Below, piece by piece: positions 27,623 to 40,160 of a stretch of DNA of 64,000 nt (position 1 is its first letter; each line of letters begins with the position of its first letter). Origin of the DNA: a virus (taxonomy: Duplodnaviria; Heunggongvirae; Uroviricota; Caudoviricetes). The stretch is taken from IMG/VR virus record IMGVR_UViG_3300042934_000212; one strand, 5' to 3'. The notes beneath the pieces are model-generated. The model worked only from the letters and a program-made list of their open reading frames with translations, had not been told where the DNA came from and did not search any database. The translations under genes were made by a program, and so were the position numbers.

Positions 27623-29992
27623 TTATTGGAATAAGTTCGGTGACTTTAATACTGCCATAAACGTTTCACGTTCATAGCGTTTATTATTTTGTACGTAGTA
27701 ATCAAATTCAACAGCAGTAACTTCAAACTCTAAGTTTAATAAACTACCGTGTTCATTGTTCTGAACAAGTGTGTTGAAGAATGTTTCACCTGTACCTGGC
27801 TGCAAATATGCAACTACGATATTAGGGAAATACATAGCTTTGATATTATCTTCTACGTATGGATGGTTCATATAACGTGGAACAGTATCAATCATTTCAT
27901 CTGATAGACCATTAATAGCATCTACCACAACACCACGATTATTCAAATCCGTTGGATCTGATAATAGGTTTTGTGTATCTTCTCCTAATACAAGATATGC
28001 ATTTTGACGAAGACCATAGATTTCAGAAATGACGTTCGAACTGTAGTCGGTGTAAACAAGAGGCTTAAGACTTAAATTTACAATCGTTCCTTGAGGATGA
28101 ACTTCTCTGTACAGTACATCATACAGTACGTTTCCTAGATTGTCAAGTGCAGAACGCACTTTATAATTACCTAGTACTAACCTGAATGAACTATCTGGAG
28201 TTGCAGCACCTGCTGTAGTGTTAATTATATTATTCCTAATCTTATTGATCGTTGGTTTAATACCATCCCATTGCATTGTAGGATTTACAAGATTCTCTTT
28301 TAGTAAGATTCGTGGTATTTTTTGAATACCATAACGCGGATCTACTGCTCTGTAATATGAGGCTTTGCTAAACGCATTCGAACTTATGGTGTTGAACCAT
28401 TGACGTTCCATTGTTAGAGAAGGACAAATATCAGCACTCATATAGTTCTGACCAAATCCACGTACAATAGTTATCTTAAATCTTTGTGTAAGGTACTTAC
28501 CAGTTTTATCAGTAGCTACTACGTCGAATTCAAGATTAATATCATCGTTAGCAGAGAAATCTGAGCCTAATGCATATGCCGTTCCGATAACAGTACCGTC
28601 AGCACTTAAATCTAGTCCGTATTTACGAATATCATTTGGTGAAGTACTTTCATTGATAGTATATGAAATCAAATCAGAACCTGATGCAACTATCTTAGGA
28701 TAAACAGTGTGACCGAAGTATTCGCCTACATGGATAGTACCTAGATTAGAGTCGGTTTCAAATGCAATATCAGAACCAGTTTCATCATTGATTACAATTC
28801 TGAAAATTCTACTGTTGTTAATTGAACTTGAACCTAAACTTTTATTATACACACCTAAATCATACCATTTTGACGAATCGTAATCTGTATAACTGTTACT
28901 TTCAAAAATATTCTCACCTACAACATATGGATATACATTTGTATCTTTTAGTTGATAGAGGTGGTTAGGTGTTGGTTTATCTTTAAATGTAGTAACATCA
29001 TCTGGTGCAATCCATGTCTGGTATGCACGGAAACGTTTACCAATATAGTACGCACTCGCTTGTGATGTATAGAACTTATCAACAGCAACGACCCGAACTT
29101 TAATGTACGCATCAATTGGATCTGAATCATATAACATAGTTTGAGTAATCTGACCGTTGTTACCATTAAACTTTAATCCAGTACTGACTAGAGCACCAGT
29201 ACTGTCTTTGATTAGCAAAGGTATTTCTTCTATCAAACCGGCAGACATATCAGGTACGATAATAGTTCCCGAACCTGTAATGTGACTTGATGGTATTTCA
29301 GAATCGGTTATAGTTAGAATTTCATATGCAGGCATAAACACATTCGTTACCCCTGAAATAGTCTGACTATTACCAAACGCTTGAACAAACAATCTTGATT
29401 CTGCACCGTAACCAATTCCACCTATTGTGTATAGATTAGTTCCGTGAGTTACTAAGTCAGGTGTTAACCAAACTTCATTAACTGTGTTGTAGTTTAATGT
29501 TGCAGTACTTACACCGATAACACCGCTGGCTGATGTATTTGCAACCTGATCATCAATTAATGTTATTTCATTGATGCTGTCGATATTGAATGTCAATGAT
29601 TCTGGACCATCCCAAATACCATCTTGGGGACATTCTATTTTAAAATAATAGGCATCAATTGATGTAACTGATCCTAAATTGAAGTTCTTATTACTGAACT
29701 TAACTACATGTGACCCTTGGGTTGAGGATGAGCCTGTTCCTGCTTTACCAATAAGAACTAACGTAGAAAGACTTTCACCAACTGATACTATAAAATCACG
29801 TTCCTCAAGAGTTTCCCCTTTACCAACTATATTGAAACTAAATTCCAAGTATTGGTCATCTTCTAAAATATAAGTACTATCTGTACTACTTGTATTATTT
29901 TTAGAAAGTTGTAATCTGAAGTATGTTGTCTGTCCTTCCTGTATTGAATTGGTATCAGCTTTCAAATCCCATTTGGGTTCGAAGTTTGCCAT
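27623..29992 (-). CDS. putative virion structural protein (baseplate/tail-like)
   Basis: S/T/G/N-rich, beta-rich ~790 aa; TAAATA motif upstream. Confidence 0.55.
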   Translation of the reverse strand: MANFEPKWDLKADTNSIQEGQTTYFRLQLSKNNTSSTDSTYILEDDQYLEFSFNIVGKGETLEERDFIVSVGESLSTLVLIGKAGTGSSSTQGSHVVKFSNKNFNLGSVTSIDAYYFKIECPQDGIWDGPESLTFNIDSINEITLIDDQVANTSASGVIGVSTATLNYNTVNEVWLTPDLVTHGTNLYTIGGIGYGAESRLFVQAFGNSQTISGVTNVFMPAYEILTITDSEIPSSHITGSGTIIVPDMSAGLIEEIPLLIKDSTGALVSTGLKFNGNNGQITQTMLYDSDPIDAYIKVRVVAVDKFYTSQASAYYIGKRFRAYQTWIAPDDVTTFKDKPTPNHLYQLKDTNVYPYVVGENIFESNSYTDYDSSKWYDLGVYNKSLGSSSINNSRIFRIVINDETGSDIAFETDSNLGTIHVGEYFGHTVYPKIVASGSDLISYTINESTSPNDIRKYGLDLSADGTVIGTAYALGSDFSANDDINLEFDVVATDKTGKYLTQRFKITIVRGFGQNYMSADICPSLTMERQWFNTISSNAFSKASYYRAVDPRYGIQKIPRILLKENLVNPTMQWDGIKPTINKIRNNIINTTAGAATPDSSFRLVLGNYKVRSALDNLGNVLYDVLYREVHPQGTIVNLSLKPLVYTDYSSNVISEIYGLRQNAYLVLGEDTQNLLSDPTDLNNRGVVVDAINGLSDEMIDTVPRYMNHPYVEDNIKAMYFPNIVVAYLQPGTGETFFNTLVQNNEHGSLLNLEFEVTAVEFDYYVQNNKRYERETFMAVLKSPNLFQ

Positions 29993-30080
29993 ATAAAATC
30001 TCCAAAACATAAAAAGCTTTGTGGTATTTATGATACCGCTTTACAAAAAAATAAAGGACGCATAAGCGTCCTTAGTTATA

Positions 30081-31496
30081 TTATTCTGTATCATCCTGAT
30101 AGACGATGTTCATGTTTCGTAGCTCTACTAGTTCCTGACGATAAATCGCCCAAATCTTATCGTGATTCTGTAGTAAGTCACTGTACTCATCCATCTTCGC
30201 TAGAGCATCTTCAATATCTTGAAGTACTTTATCGTAGTTTTCCTGAGTCCAACGATAACTTGCGAAGTTAACGATGTTCTGGATATTTTCTTCAGATGCT
30301 TCAATTTCAGTGTTTAGTGAAGTTACGAAGTCTACCACTTCAGCCCTGTTCTTGAATGACTTAATCTTACTCATCATATCATTCTCAAAGCATTCTTTGA
30401 TTAGAATCTTGTAACGTACTTCGGCGTCTGCATCTGCTAGTAGTTTTTCATAACGTTTGATGTAGTACTTGAAACGGAACTGAACGAAGTCTTGAATTAT
30501 ACCTCGAACATCATCGTAACTTTTTACTTTTCCATTTTCACCTAAAACGTTAAGTGTATGTGCCAATTTAGTTGAAATGCCAAAATACTGCATTACATCC
30601 ATTTCATTCCATGATACTGCTGTTCCACGTGGTAGTTTAATAGTTATATCAACTTTACCGGAACTGTCATCACTATATCCACGAATTTTGCCTGCGTCTT
30701 CCATCTCATTCAAATCTTCGATGAATTTCTCTAGCTTCATACGTGGTGATAAACCTCTGATACGCACAGTACTTGCATCAATGATTTCAGCTTTACCGAA
30801 GAATGTATACTTACCTTCTCCACGGTCTTCAACATAATCATTTGCACCGTAACTTGCATAGTAAGGTGTCATTACTTGTAGGTCTTCGCCGTCAATTGCA
30901 CGAATGGTATTATCGATAATATCATTCATGCGATATGGGAAGATGAAACTTTTATATGCTGTTGCAGTACCATCCACGCCTAGTAGTGCTAGTGGGATTA
31001 GTGGTAAGAAGAATTTAGGTTCCATTGTGGTTCCGTCATAGTTCTCCTGCATTGGTACAACATCCATATCACGAAGTACTAGAGCTTCAGTTAGCTTAGT
31101 TTTCTTCACATAGGTATAACGTGGGCTTGCTGGGTCAGGGTTTACCTGAGTACCGAAACCGCCACGCTTTCCGATTAGTGGGTAGTTGTTCACAACTGGA
31201 CTTGCAAGATTTTGCAAAGTACCTGAAGCTGAAGCATCACCGTGAAGGTAGATACCGTCACTGATCATACGGCCTGCACATGATACAGTTTTAATCTCAC
31301 CACTGATTTTACTTAGTGTGAAGATTGCTTTACGTTGTGAGTTTTTGAATCCGTCAATACCAGGTAGTGCACGGTCAAAAGTACTTAGAGCATATTCTAA
31401 GGATGATTGGTTAATATAATCTGAACTTCCAAAGTCCAGTAGGGTTAGTTCATTTGGAACTATTTCTTGTGCTTGAGTTTTCTTTGATTTACGCAT
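30081..31496 (-). CDS. type II DNA topoisomerase, GyrA/ParC-like subunit (T4 gp52-like)
   Basis: RALPGIDGFKNSQRK, YLHGDAS, ASPRY catalytic Tyr, NYDG..EP. Confidence 0.92.
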   Translation of the reverse strand: MRKSKKTQAQEIVPNELTLLDFGSSDYINQSSLEYALSTFDRALPGIDGFKNSQRKAIFTLSKISGEIKTVSCAGRMISDGIYLHGDASASGTLQNLASPVVNNYPLIGKRGGFGTQVNPDPASPRYTYVKKTKLTEALVLRDMDVVPMQENYDGTTMEPKFFLPLIPLALLGVDGTATAYKSFIFPYRMNDIIDNTIRAIDGEDLQVMTPYYASYGANDYVEDRGEGKYTFFGKAEIIDASTVRIRGLSPRMKLEKFIEDLNEMEDAGKIRGYSDDSSGKVDITIKLPRGTAVSWNEMDVMQYFGISTKLAHTLNVLGENGKVKSYDDVRGIIQDFVQFRFKYYIKRYEKLLADADAEVRYKILIKECFENDMMSKIKSFKNRAEVVDFVTSLNTEIEASEENIQNIVNFASYRWTQENYDKVLQDIEDALAKMDEYSDLLQNHDKIWAIYRQELVELRNMNIVYQDDTE

Positions 31497-31546
31497 TCCA
31501 TTTGCCTCTTTGTTATTTCGGGGTACGTCCTGTACCCCACTAAGTC

Positions 31547-33526
31547 TTAGTCTTCTTTAGTCCATTCTTTACGGTCGTCGGCACGTTCCTTATTAAAGAT
31601 TAGGTCTAAGGTTGCCCCTAGATTGCCATCATCAGTAATAGCTACTGCTACACCGTTTGCTAGTGCATCTCGGAAGTTTGAAACTTCTAGAGTTCCTAGT
31701 CCTTTTGCACGAGTTGCTTTCCAACCTTTCCATTCTTCAGGGTCGTATTCATGGACGTTATGACCATAAAAGTACTTTGATTCTTTACCCTTCTCAAGAA
31801 TAATGAATGGAGTTTTGAAAATGTAAATGAATGGATTCTCTGGATCTGCGAATAGTTCAGGCCAGAACTTATAGAAGAAGTTCACGACTAGAGCACCGAT
31901 GTTTTTACCATCTTCATCTTCGTCAGCACAGATATATAATTTACCGAAGTTTAAACTTTCACGATCTAGTTTTTCCCCTGGGATAATATTTAATGAAGCC
32001 ATAATGTCATGAATAGCTGATGGCTTATCAGCAGTACCCATTAGATCCTTAGTCTTCTCTTTTCCGTTTACGTTTTGGATTTTACCACGTAATGGAAGAA
32101 TACCATGAATCGCTGAGTTACGTGCTGCTGTCATTGAACTGACCGCTGAATCACCTTCTGCAATTAGAAGAATACATTCTTTGCGTGGAACAGTATCGTT
32201 AACATCGCGTAGCTTCGCAACTTTACCTTTAAGTAAACGCTTAGCCATTTTACGATCTTCATCTGCATCTTTCTTGTTAGTACGTTCAGCACATCGAGCA
32301 TAGATTTCTTCAACCCAATCATTATTCTTCTTGATTAGTTCTGCAAAGAATTCTTCGCTTAGTGCGTTCTGTACTGGTTTAATGACATTTTCGTTAGTTA
32401 ACTTAGTTTTGATTTGTGAGTTGAATGTTGGAGTATTCATCTTAGTGACGTTATAAATCAACAAACCTTCTTCAATATCAGAACGGTTAGGAGTCATTTT
32501 CTTTTGCTTAGATTTACGTTCTAGAGCTTTAATTACGCCTAATGCGAATTTCTGCTGGAAAGTATCTAAGTGTGTACCACCTTCTAAGGATGGTGCGTTG
32601 TTCACAAGACCTTGCATGTGCAAATTCTTACTCAAGCCCTGTACTGCATTAGGAACGATTAGGAAAGTACTGTTCAAGCCAGTTTCCGCGTCATCCACTT
32701 GTAGTGACATGGTTTTAGCAGAACCGAACAAACCTTTACGTGCTACTGTGATTTTCTCACCGTTCAAGTAAATTTTATAAGTTGGGTTAGCTGCTGCAAT
32801 TTCTTTTAGAATACTGTAAACCAATTCGGTAGGTAAAGTGTGTACTTTGAATACTTCTTTACTGATTTTGAATCGAACAGTAGTTCCGGTTTTGTCTGCT
32901 GCAATCTTACGAATACTTGGTTCTTCAATACCAAGTTCAGGGAACATTTGAGTTCCTTCAGTGAACTTCTGAGTGAATTTGTAATTGCCAGTATATTCGG
33001 AGTTTGCTTTGTCAGTTTTGTAAGGCTTACCAGTACGATGAATTTCTAGTTCAGCTTTCTCACTAACAATCATTACTACTGAACCACCTAGACCGTTCAT
33101 ACCAACTACGTTGTTACGTTCGTCATCGTTAAAGTTACGTCCAGTTTTCATTTCTGTTAGAACCATAGTACAGACGTGTTTCTGTGCTTCTGGAACATAG
33201 TCGATTGGAATACCACGACCATTATCGCTAATTTCGAATTCAAGTTCATTTTCATTATACGTTACGTGTAATGTTGGGCTTTTGGCACCGGACTTAACGA
33301 ATTCATCTAATGAGTTATCCACGATTTCGCGGAATGAAGTTAGTAAAGCTGGAACCCAACGTAGATTTTGTACGTTGAAACCATCTTCACCGAAAAGTAG
33401 TACAGGTTGTTCATGTTCTGATTTAGAACCCAAATACATTTCAGTACGAATACGAGCGTGTTGATATTCAGTTAATTGCTGAACACCGTGTTCCGCTAGG
33501 ACTGAACTTTTCTTTTCCTTTGCCAT
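31547..33526 (-). CDS. type II DNA topoisomerase, GyrB/ParE-like subunit (T4 gp39+60-like)
   Basis: EIVDNSLDE, DNGRGIP, GMNGLG, EGDSA, PLRGKI, DEDEDG, KGLG. Confidence 0.93.
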   Translation of the reverse strand: MAKEKKSSVLAEHGVQQLTEYQHARIRTEMYLGSKSEHEQPVLLFGEDGFNVQNLRWVPALLTSFREIVDNSLDEFVKSGAKSPTLHVTYNENELEFEISDNGRGIPIDYVPEAQKHVCTMVLTEMKTGRNFNDDERNNVVGMNGLGGSVVMIVSEKAELEIHRTGKPYKTDKANSEYTGNYKFTQKFTEGTQMFPELGIEEPSIRKIAADKTGTTVRFKISKEVFKVHTLPTELVYSILKEIAAANPTYKIYLNGEKITVARKGLFGSAKTMSLQVDDAETGLNSTFLIVPNAVQGLSKNLHMQGLVNNAPSLEGGTHLDTFQQKFALGVIKALERKSKQKKMTPNRSDIEEGLLIYNVTKMNTPTFNSQIKTKLTNENVIKPVQNALSEEFFAELIKKNNDWVEEIYARCAERTNKKDADEDRKMAKRLLKGKVAKLRDVNDTVPRKECILLIAEGDSAVSSMTAARNSAIHGILPLRGKIQNVNGKEKTKDLMGTADKPSAIHDIMASLNIIPGEKLDRESLNFGKLYICADEDEDGKNIGALVVNFFYKFWPELFADPENPFIYIFKTPFIILEKGKESKYFYGHNVHEYDPEEWKGWKATRAKGLGTLEVSNFRDALANGVAVAITDDGNLGATLDLIFNKERADDRKEWTKED

Positions 33527-33560
33527 TTTGTAATTCCCTTTATTGTTTCTTAGCTAGCAT

Positions 33561-33589
33561 ATTATAGCATAAATTGTTTCTTTGTTTCA
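33561..33589 (-). promoter_or_regulatory. phage-specific promoter TGAAAC-N17-TATAAT
   Basis: Repeated motif upstream of the topoisomerase genes. Confidence 0.75.
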
Positions 33590-33629
33590 AAAAAATAACG
33601 ACGCACATTGGCGTCGTTGTTATTTATCC

Positions 33630-35984
33630 TTAGTTTACAAGGAGGAATTGTAGGTCGGCTGAAGGTGAATCTTCATCTCCCCAATATTTGTGAAACTTCT
33701 CTGGTGTAGCACGTTGAATAACTTCACCATCAGCAACTACATATACTTCATGGTTGGTAATCAACTTCTGCCAGAATCTAATAGCATCATCAGAATGTAA
33801 CGTATCACTCAAAATCTGTAGACCACTTTTAATAATATCCATATACATCTGATAGACAATTCCTTTACGTCCACGTTTTGCTGCAATTGCTTCTATATGG
33901 AATACTTTTCCAATTAATTGACCACTAACTACGGCAATCTCATTACCTGAATCGTCATACGCCATATATCCAGAACCATTTTTTGATTTAGCAACTGAAA
34001 ATCCATCATGTTCAGCAACAGGGACCATTTTATCTCTTGAATTCAACTTTGCAGTTTTATCAACAAATTCAACAGGGTCTGAATCAGCAAATGCATCAAA
34101 TCGTTGTGGCATTTCTTGTAATTGGTCATTGTTAATTAATTCTTGTTCATCAGCATCATCGATATCATGTTCCAATTCTGCATTCTGAATAATATCAGCT
34201 AAGCCACGCATTGAAGATTCAGCCATAGCTTCTTCGCCACGTTTACGACGATTAGCAGTACGATCTACGTAATAATCTAGACGCTCATCAAAATCAGCAA
34301 TATCACTTGCATTTATGAGTGCTTTAGAAATATGTCTAGGTTCAACTTCTGGTTTGTAATAACTGTCAAATAACTTGTTGGTGAAAGATTCAAAATCTTG
34401 TTCCTTCAAATTATTGAACATGTTTTCACCACCATTTATGTCGAGTGAATATTTTTTACCGGAAGCTTGAACTGTCATCTTGAATTTTACACCAGCCATC
34501 TCAATTTCAAAAAAACCTTCATCTTCAATATAATCATTAAAGGTGATTTTCTTAGTACTATCTTGATTTAAGAACTCTGCACTTTCAGCAAGGTTTTCAA
34601 CTGCAAATAATAATCCATGTAAATTTGCATCAGGGGTTGATTCATCTTCTAACTTATCTTTTAGCTTTAGAATATTTCTCATATTTCCAAGATATTCAAT
34701 TGGCAATGATGCCATTTGTTCTTTAGTTAGATCAATGCGAAGTTTTTTCTCATCACCTTCTTTAACTAGTAGGAAATATTCGTTTTCATATCTTTTTCTA
34801 AAAACTACTGAATATGATGGTTGATACCCACCATCAACAAATAATGTAAACTGTTCTGGATCTTCCATATTCACATTGTTATTGGTGGTTGGTTGCTGAT
34901 CGAATTCTCTCCATACTCGAAGATATAAATCCCCCATTAGGCTTTGTCCAGCTTCAGGGTAATCTAAACTCTTTTGTGAGTGGTGCCCGTCAGAAATATC
35001 CTTCTCTGATGAATCAAATTCATGGTCTTCATCTTGATTCAAATCATTATCATAAAAGTTACTTACGAACTTATAAATCAATTTCATTGCCTTATTTGCA
35101 CGAGCATCCTCTTTGTACTTTCTAAGTACTGAAATGATTTTGGATTGACCAAGAGTTTTCATAGAATATTGTATGGAATTGGAAATATCTTTATTTTTAT
35201 TTCCAGTAAGTTCATCTTTATTATTTTCAAGCCATTGAGTTGCACGCAACGCCAAATCTTGTACTTGTGGTCCAAATTCAACCCCACCAGCATAATATCT
35301 GTCATCAGATGTATGGGAGCCACTATAGCCTTTAGCACGCATAGTTTGCTGATCATTTGGGTTCAAATTTTTTAAAACTACTGACTGAATAGTGTGTTGT
35401 AACTCATGCTGTACAGTATCCATAAAATAATTTAGATGATCCACTATTGCGTTAATATCATTACTGTTTTTTATTTCAGCATTATAATTAGGAACGCCAA
35501 GATCTAACTCATTATAAGTTTCATCAGTACCACTACTACCAGCTTTATCAATGAATTGATTACTGATTTTCATAGTGATACGCATTTTATCAATAAGTTC
35601 TTTTGTCTTTGGATTTTTCTTTAAATTATCAGGTAATTGATTAAAGATCTCATCTGCATCCAATTTAAGATTGGTACTACTGTTAACATACTTCTTCAAG
35701 TCATTTGGTGAAAGTACTGAAGCATTATATTTTCGCTGGAACCTTTTACACCAATTCAATAGTGCAGTGGCTTTTTCAGATTGGCCTTTATTTTGTAAAT
35801 CATGCTGTTTCATTACAGCCATTGTTAAAAGTACTGAACCAATAAATTTCTGTACTCTCTGTAATAATGCTGGTGGTACATTTAAAACACCAACACCTCT
35901 AGCTTCATCCAGTACCTGTTCTTCTTCAGCCGGTGGCTGGATGGCGGCATTTAAATGCTCATGAGCCTTACTTATATTTGGCAT
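33630..35984 (-). CDS. putative virion protein: HExxH zincin-like domain plus C-terminal GNAT-like domain
   Basis: QHELQHTIQ...YYAGGVEF; C-terminal FHIEAIAAKRGRKGIVYQMY...SDTLHSDDAIRFWQKL. Confidence 0.55.
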   Translation of the reverse strand: MPNISKAHEHLNAAIQPPAEEEQVLDEARGVGVLNVPPALLQRVQKFIGSVLLTMAVMKQHDLQNKGQSEKATALLNWCKRFQRKYNASVLSPNDLKKYVNSSTNLKLDADEIFNQLPDNLKKNPKTKELIDKMRITMKISNQFIDKAGSSGTDETYNELDLGVPNYNAEIKNSNDINAIVDHLNYFMDTVQHELQHTIQSVVLKNLNPNDQQTMRAKGYSGSHTSDDRYYAGGVEFGPQVQDLALRATQWLENNKDELTGNKNKDISNSIQYSMKTLGQSKIISVLRKYKEDARANKAMKLIYKFVSNFYDNDLNQDEDHEFDSSEKDISDGHHSQKSLDYPEAGQSLMGDLYLRVWREFDQQPTTNNNVNMEDPEQFTLFVDGGYQPSYSVVFRKRYENEYFLLVKEGDEKKLRIDLTKEQMASLPIEYLGNMRNILKLKDKLEDESTPDANLHGLLFAVENLAESAEFLNQDSTKKITFNDYIEDEGFFEIEMAGVKFKMTVQASGKKYSLDINGGENMFNNLKEQDFESFTNKLFDSYYKPEVEPRHISKALINASDIADFDERLDYYVDRTANRRKRGEEAMAESSMRGLADIIQNAELEHDIDDADEQELINNDQLQEMPQRFDAFADSDPVEFVDKTAKLNSRDKMVPVAEHDGFSVAKSKNGSGYMAYDDSGNEIAVVSGQLIGKVFHIEAIAAKRGRKGIVYQMYMDIIKSGLQILSDTLHSDDAIRFWQKLITNHEVYVVADGEVIQRATPEKFHKYWGDEDSPSADLQFLLVN

Positions 35985-35985
35985 A

Positions 35986-38150
<2,165 letters not shown>

Positions 38151-38165
38151 AATCTTTAAGCTATA

Positions 38166-38696
38166 TTAAATGTCACCTGGGAAATCGCGACGGATTAGTT
38201 GTTCAATTACTTCTAGACTATCCATTGCATCGGATTCTAGTATTTCTACTAGATCAGTCTGAAGGTCTTGACCAAATTGCATGTTAATTGTTTCTACCAT
38301 GCAAGAGAATGTATGCATGATTTCGAATGAGCCTTTAGCAACAACTGCTGAACCTTCGTAGTGGATGCTATTAACAATGTCATGAGCTTCTTCGAATGTT
38401 TTACGAAAAATGTCCATAACAAGTTCTTGTACATATTCTTTTGACACAGTAGTACTATCTAAAAGTTCTAGATTATATTGCGGAACTTTTAGTGTAGAAA
38501 CTGGATTATCTTTCAAGAAAGCTTCAAAGCCATACTGGATAGCTTCAAGTTCTTCAACTTCAAATGCATTCTTGATCTTTGCAACATAGGCAGTAATATC
38601 ATTTGCACCAGCAATATAATATACTGAATTTTTGTAAGAAGCTTTGACCACATCAGTACCCATTAGGGAAAAAACTTCACGCACAATATTAATCAT
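38166..38696 (-). CDS. ClpS-like adaptor domain protein
   Basis: YNLELLDSTTVSKEYVQELVMDIF....EEAHDIVNSIHYEGSAVV. Confidence 0.7.
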   Translation of the reverse strand: MINIVREVFSLMGTDVVKASYKNSVYYIAGANDITAYVAKIKNAFEVEELEAIQYGFEAFLKDNPVSTLKVPQYNLELLDSTTVSKEYVQELVMDIFRKTFEEAHDIVNSIHYEGSAVVAKGSFEIMHTFSCMVETINMQFGQDLQTDLVEILESDAMDSLEVIEQLIRRDFPGDI

Positions 38697-38766
38697 AATA
38701 AACTCCAAGATGAGAGTGGGTGTTAAAACTATTTAGTTAACACCCTTAAATTTTTAATGTACTTAC

Positions 38767-39276
38767 TTAGCTCTTAGCTTTGACTGTGCAGGTGATGTTG
38801 TTACCCTGAACTGCAATTTGCTGAACGAATTCAGAATCAGTTAGGCGTGAAACAACTTCATTTAGATGTTCTACGTTTGCCTTAACTAGATCTGGATTAG
38901 TTTTAGTACGACCAGTCATTTTCATAACGATGCGTACATGTTTACCTTCAGAGATAAACTTTTGTGCCGATTTTAATTTAGTACTCAAATCATGTTCATG
39001 AGTGCTATAGGCGAATTGAACTTCTTTTACTTGAACTGCGGTTTCACGCTGTTTCTTTTTGTTGCTCTTTTCAGTTTGTTTCTGCTCGTACAAGTACTTG
39101 TTCAAGTCTGCAATTTTCACTACAGGAATATCTTGTTCAGATACTTGGATTAAATCGAGTTCTTTGCTGTAAGCAAGAGAAAGTGCAGCACCGATTGCCA
39201 TTACTTTACTAGAACCTTCTTCAACTACGCGAACGTTCTTTGCAGTAATTTTTTCGTTGGCAATAACAGATTTCAT
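38767..39276 (-). CDS. infC: translation initiation factor IF-3
   Basis: NEKITAKNVRVV, LDLIQVS...PVVKI.D..KYLYEQK, VKEVQF...HDL.TK....KFI..G. Confidence 0.88.
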   Translation of the reverse strand: MKSVIANEKITAKNVRVVEEGSSKVMAIGAALSLAYSKELDLIQVSEQDIPVVKIADLNKYLYEQKQTEKSNKKKQRETAVQVKEVQFAYSTHEHDLSTKLKSAQKFISEGKHVRIVMKMTGRTKTNPDLVKANVEHLNEVVSRLTDSEFVQQIAVQGNNITCTVKAKS

Positions 39277-39317
39277 ATAGATTTTATAACTCCAAGGGGG
39301 AAAACTTTATTAGGTGA

Positions 39318-39345
39318 ATCATATCATAAGTTGCAGAAAAGTCAA
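39318..39345 (-). promoter_or_regulatory. sigma70-type promoter TTGACT-N16-TATGAT (extended TG)
   Basis: Upstream of the IF3 gene. Confidence 0.6.
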
Positions 39346-39346
39346 G

Positions 39347-39541
39347 TTATTTCTTGTCTTCTTCTGCTTTTAATGCTTTGCAGATTTCTTGTACAAATTT
39401 AAGATTTGCAATTGCAGTGTCTGCGACACTACGTGTACGTGGATATGGAGCTTCCTGTGACATTTTCTCTAAATCATAAATGATTTTATCAAATGCACCA
39501 ACGTCCTCTAGAATCCGGTTGTAAAATGTTTTGCCTTCCAT
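39347..39541 (-). CDS. hypothetical protein
   Basis: 64-aa ORF with GGAG SD. Confidence 0.6.
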   Translation of the reverse strand: MEGKTFYNRILEDVGAFDKIIYDLEKMSQEAPYPRTRSVADTAIANLKFVQEICKALKAEEDKK

Positions 39542-39563
39542 GTCAACTCCATGTTGTGATGTA

Positions 39564-40106
39564 TTAAGCGGTTAGTTTGATGTATTCAACAGTACTACTT
39601 ACAGTTTCTGCTGGAACAGTAACATAGATAGTCTGTAGTTCATGGTATGTATTAGTAGTGGTAGCACCTGGATACGGAGCACGAGTAACAGTCTTCTGTA
39701 CTTCTACAAATTCATTGTCAATCTCTTGTGCAAGAGCATCGTCGATGATCTTCTTAATTACACCTGATGCAGCAGTGAAGCGATCTGCTTCTGCTGGAGC
39801 ATCTTCAAGAGTACTTAGGAATGGTTCAATACTAATATAACCAACAACTAATTCTGCGTCTGAAGGAATGGCAGTTGCTGAACCTGCTGTACCAAAGTCA
39901 ATAGTGAAGTATACAGGAACTGATAGTTCACTTAGTTTACGTTCAATTTGCTTTAGACGAACAAATGCAATACCTTTGTCTTTAGTCTGAGCATCAGTTG
40001 GGGTTGTGGTGCTTGTGTTGTCATAGTCTGAGTACTGGTAGAACTTTTGATTATCTAATAGTTGTCCAGGTACTTTAATACTAAATGCGTTAAATAAATT
40101 GTTCAT
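39564..40106 (-). CDS. hypothetical protein, probably late/virion
   Basis: ORF with GGAG SD; TAAATA at 40135-40140. Confidence 0.65.
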   Translation of the reverse strand: MNNLFNAFSIKVPGQLLDNQKFYQYSDYDNTSTTTPTDAQTKDKGIAFVRLKQIERKLSELSVPVYFTIDFGTAGSATAIPSDAELVVGYISIEPFLSTLEDAPAEADRFTAASGVIKKIIDDALAQEIDNEFVEVQKTVTRAPYPGATTTNTYHELQTIYVTVPAETVSSTVEYIKLTA

Positions 40107-40160
40107 TTTAGTCTCCATATATAGAACTTTATACTATTTATCACAAGGGGCGTGAACCCC

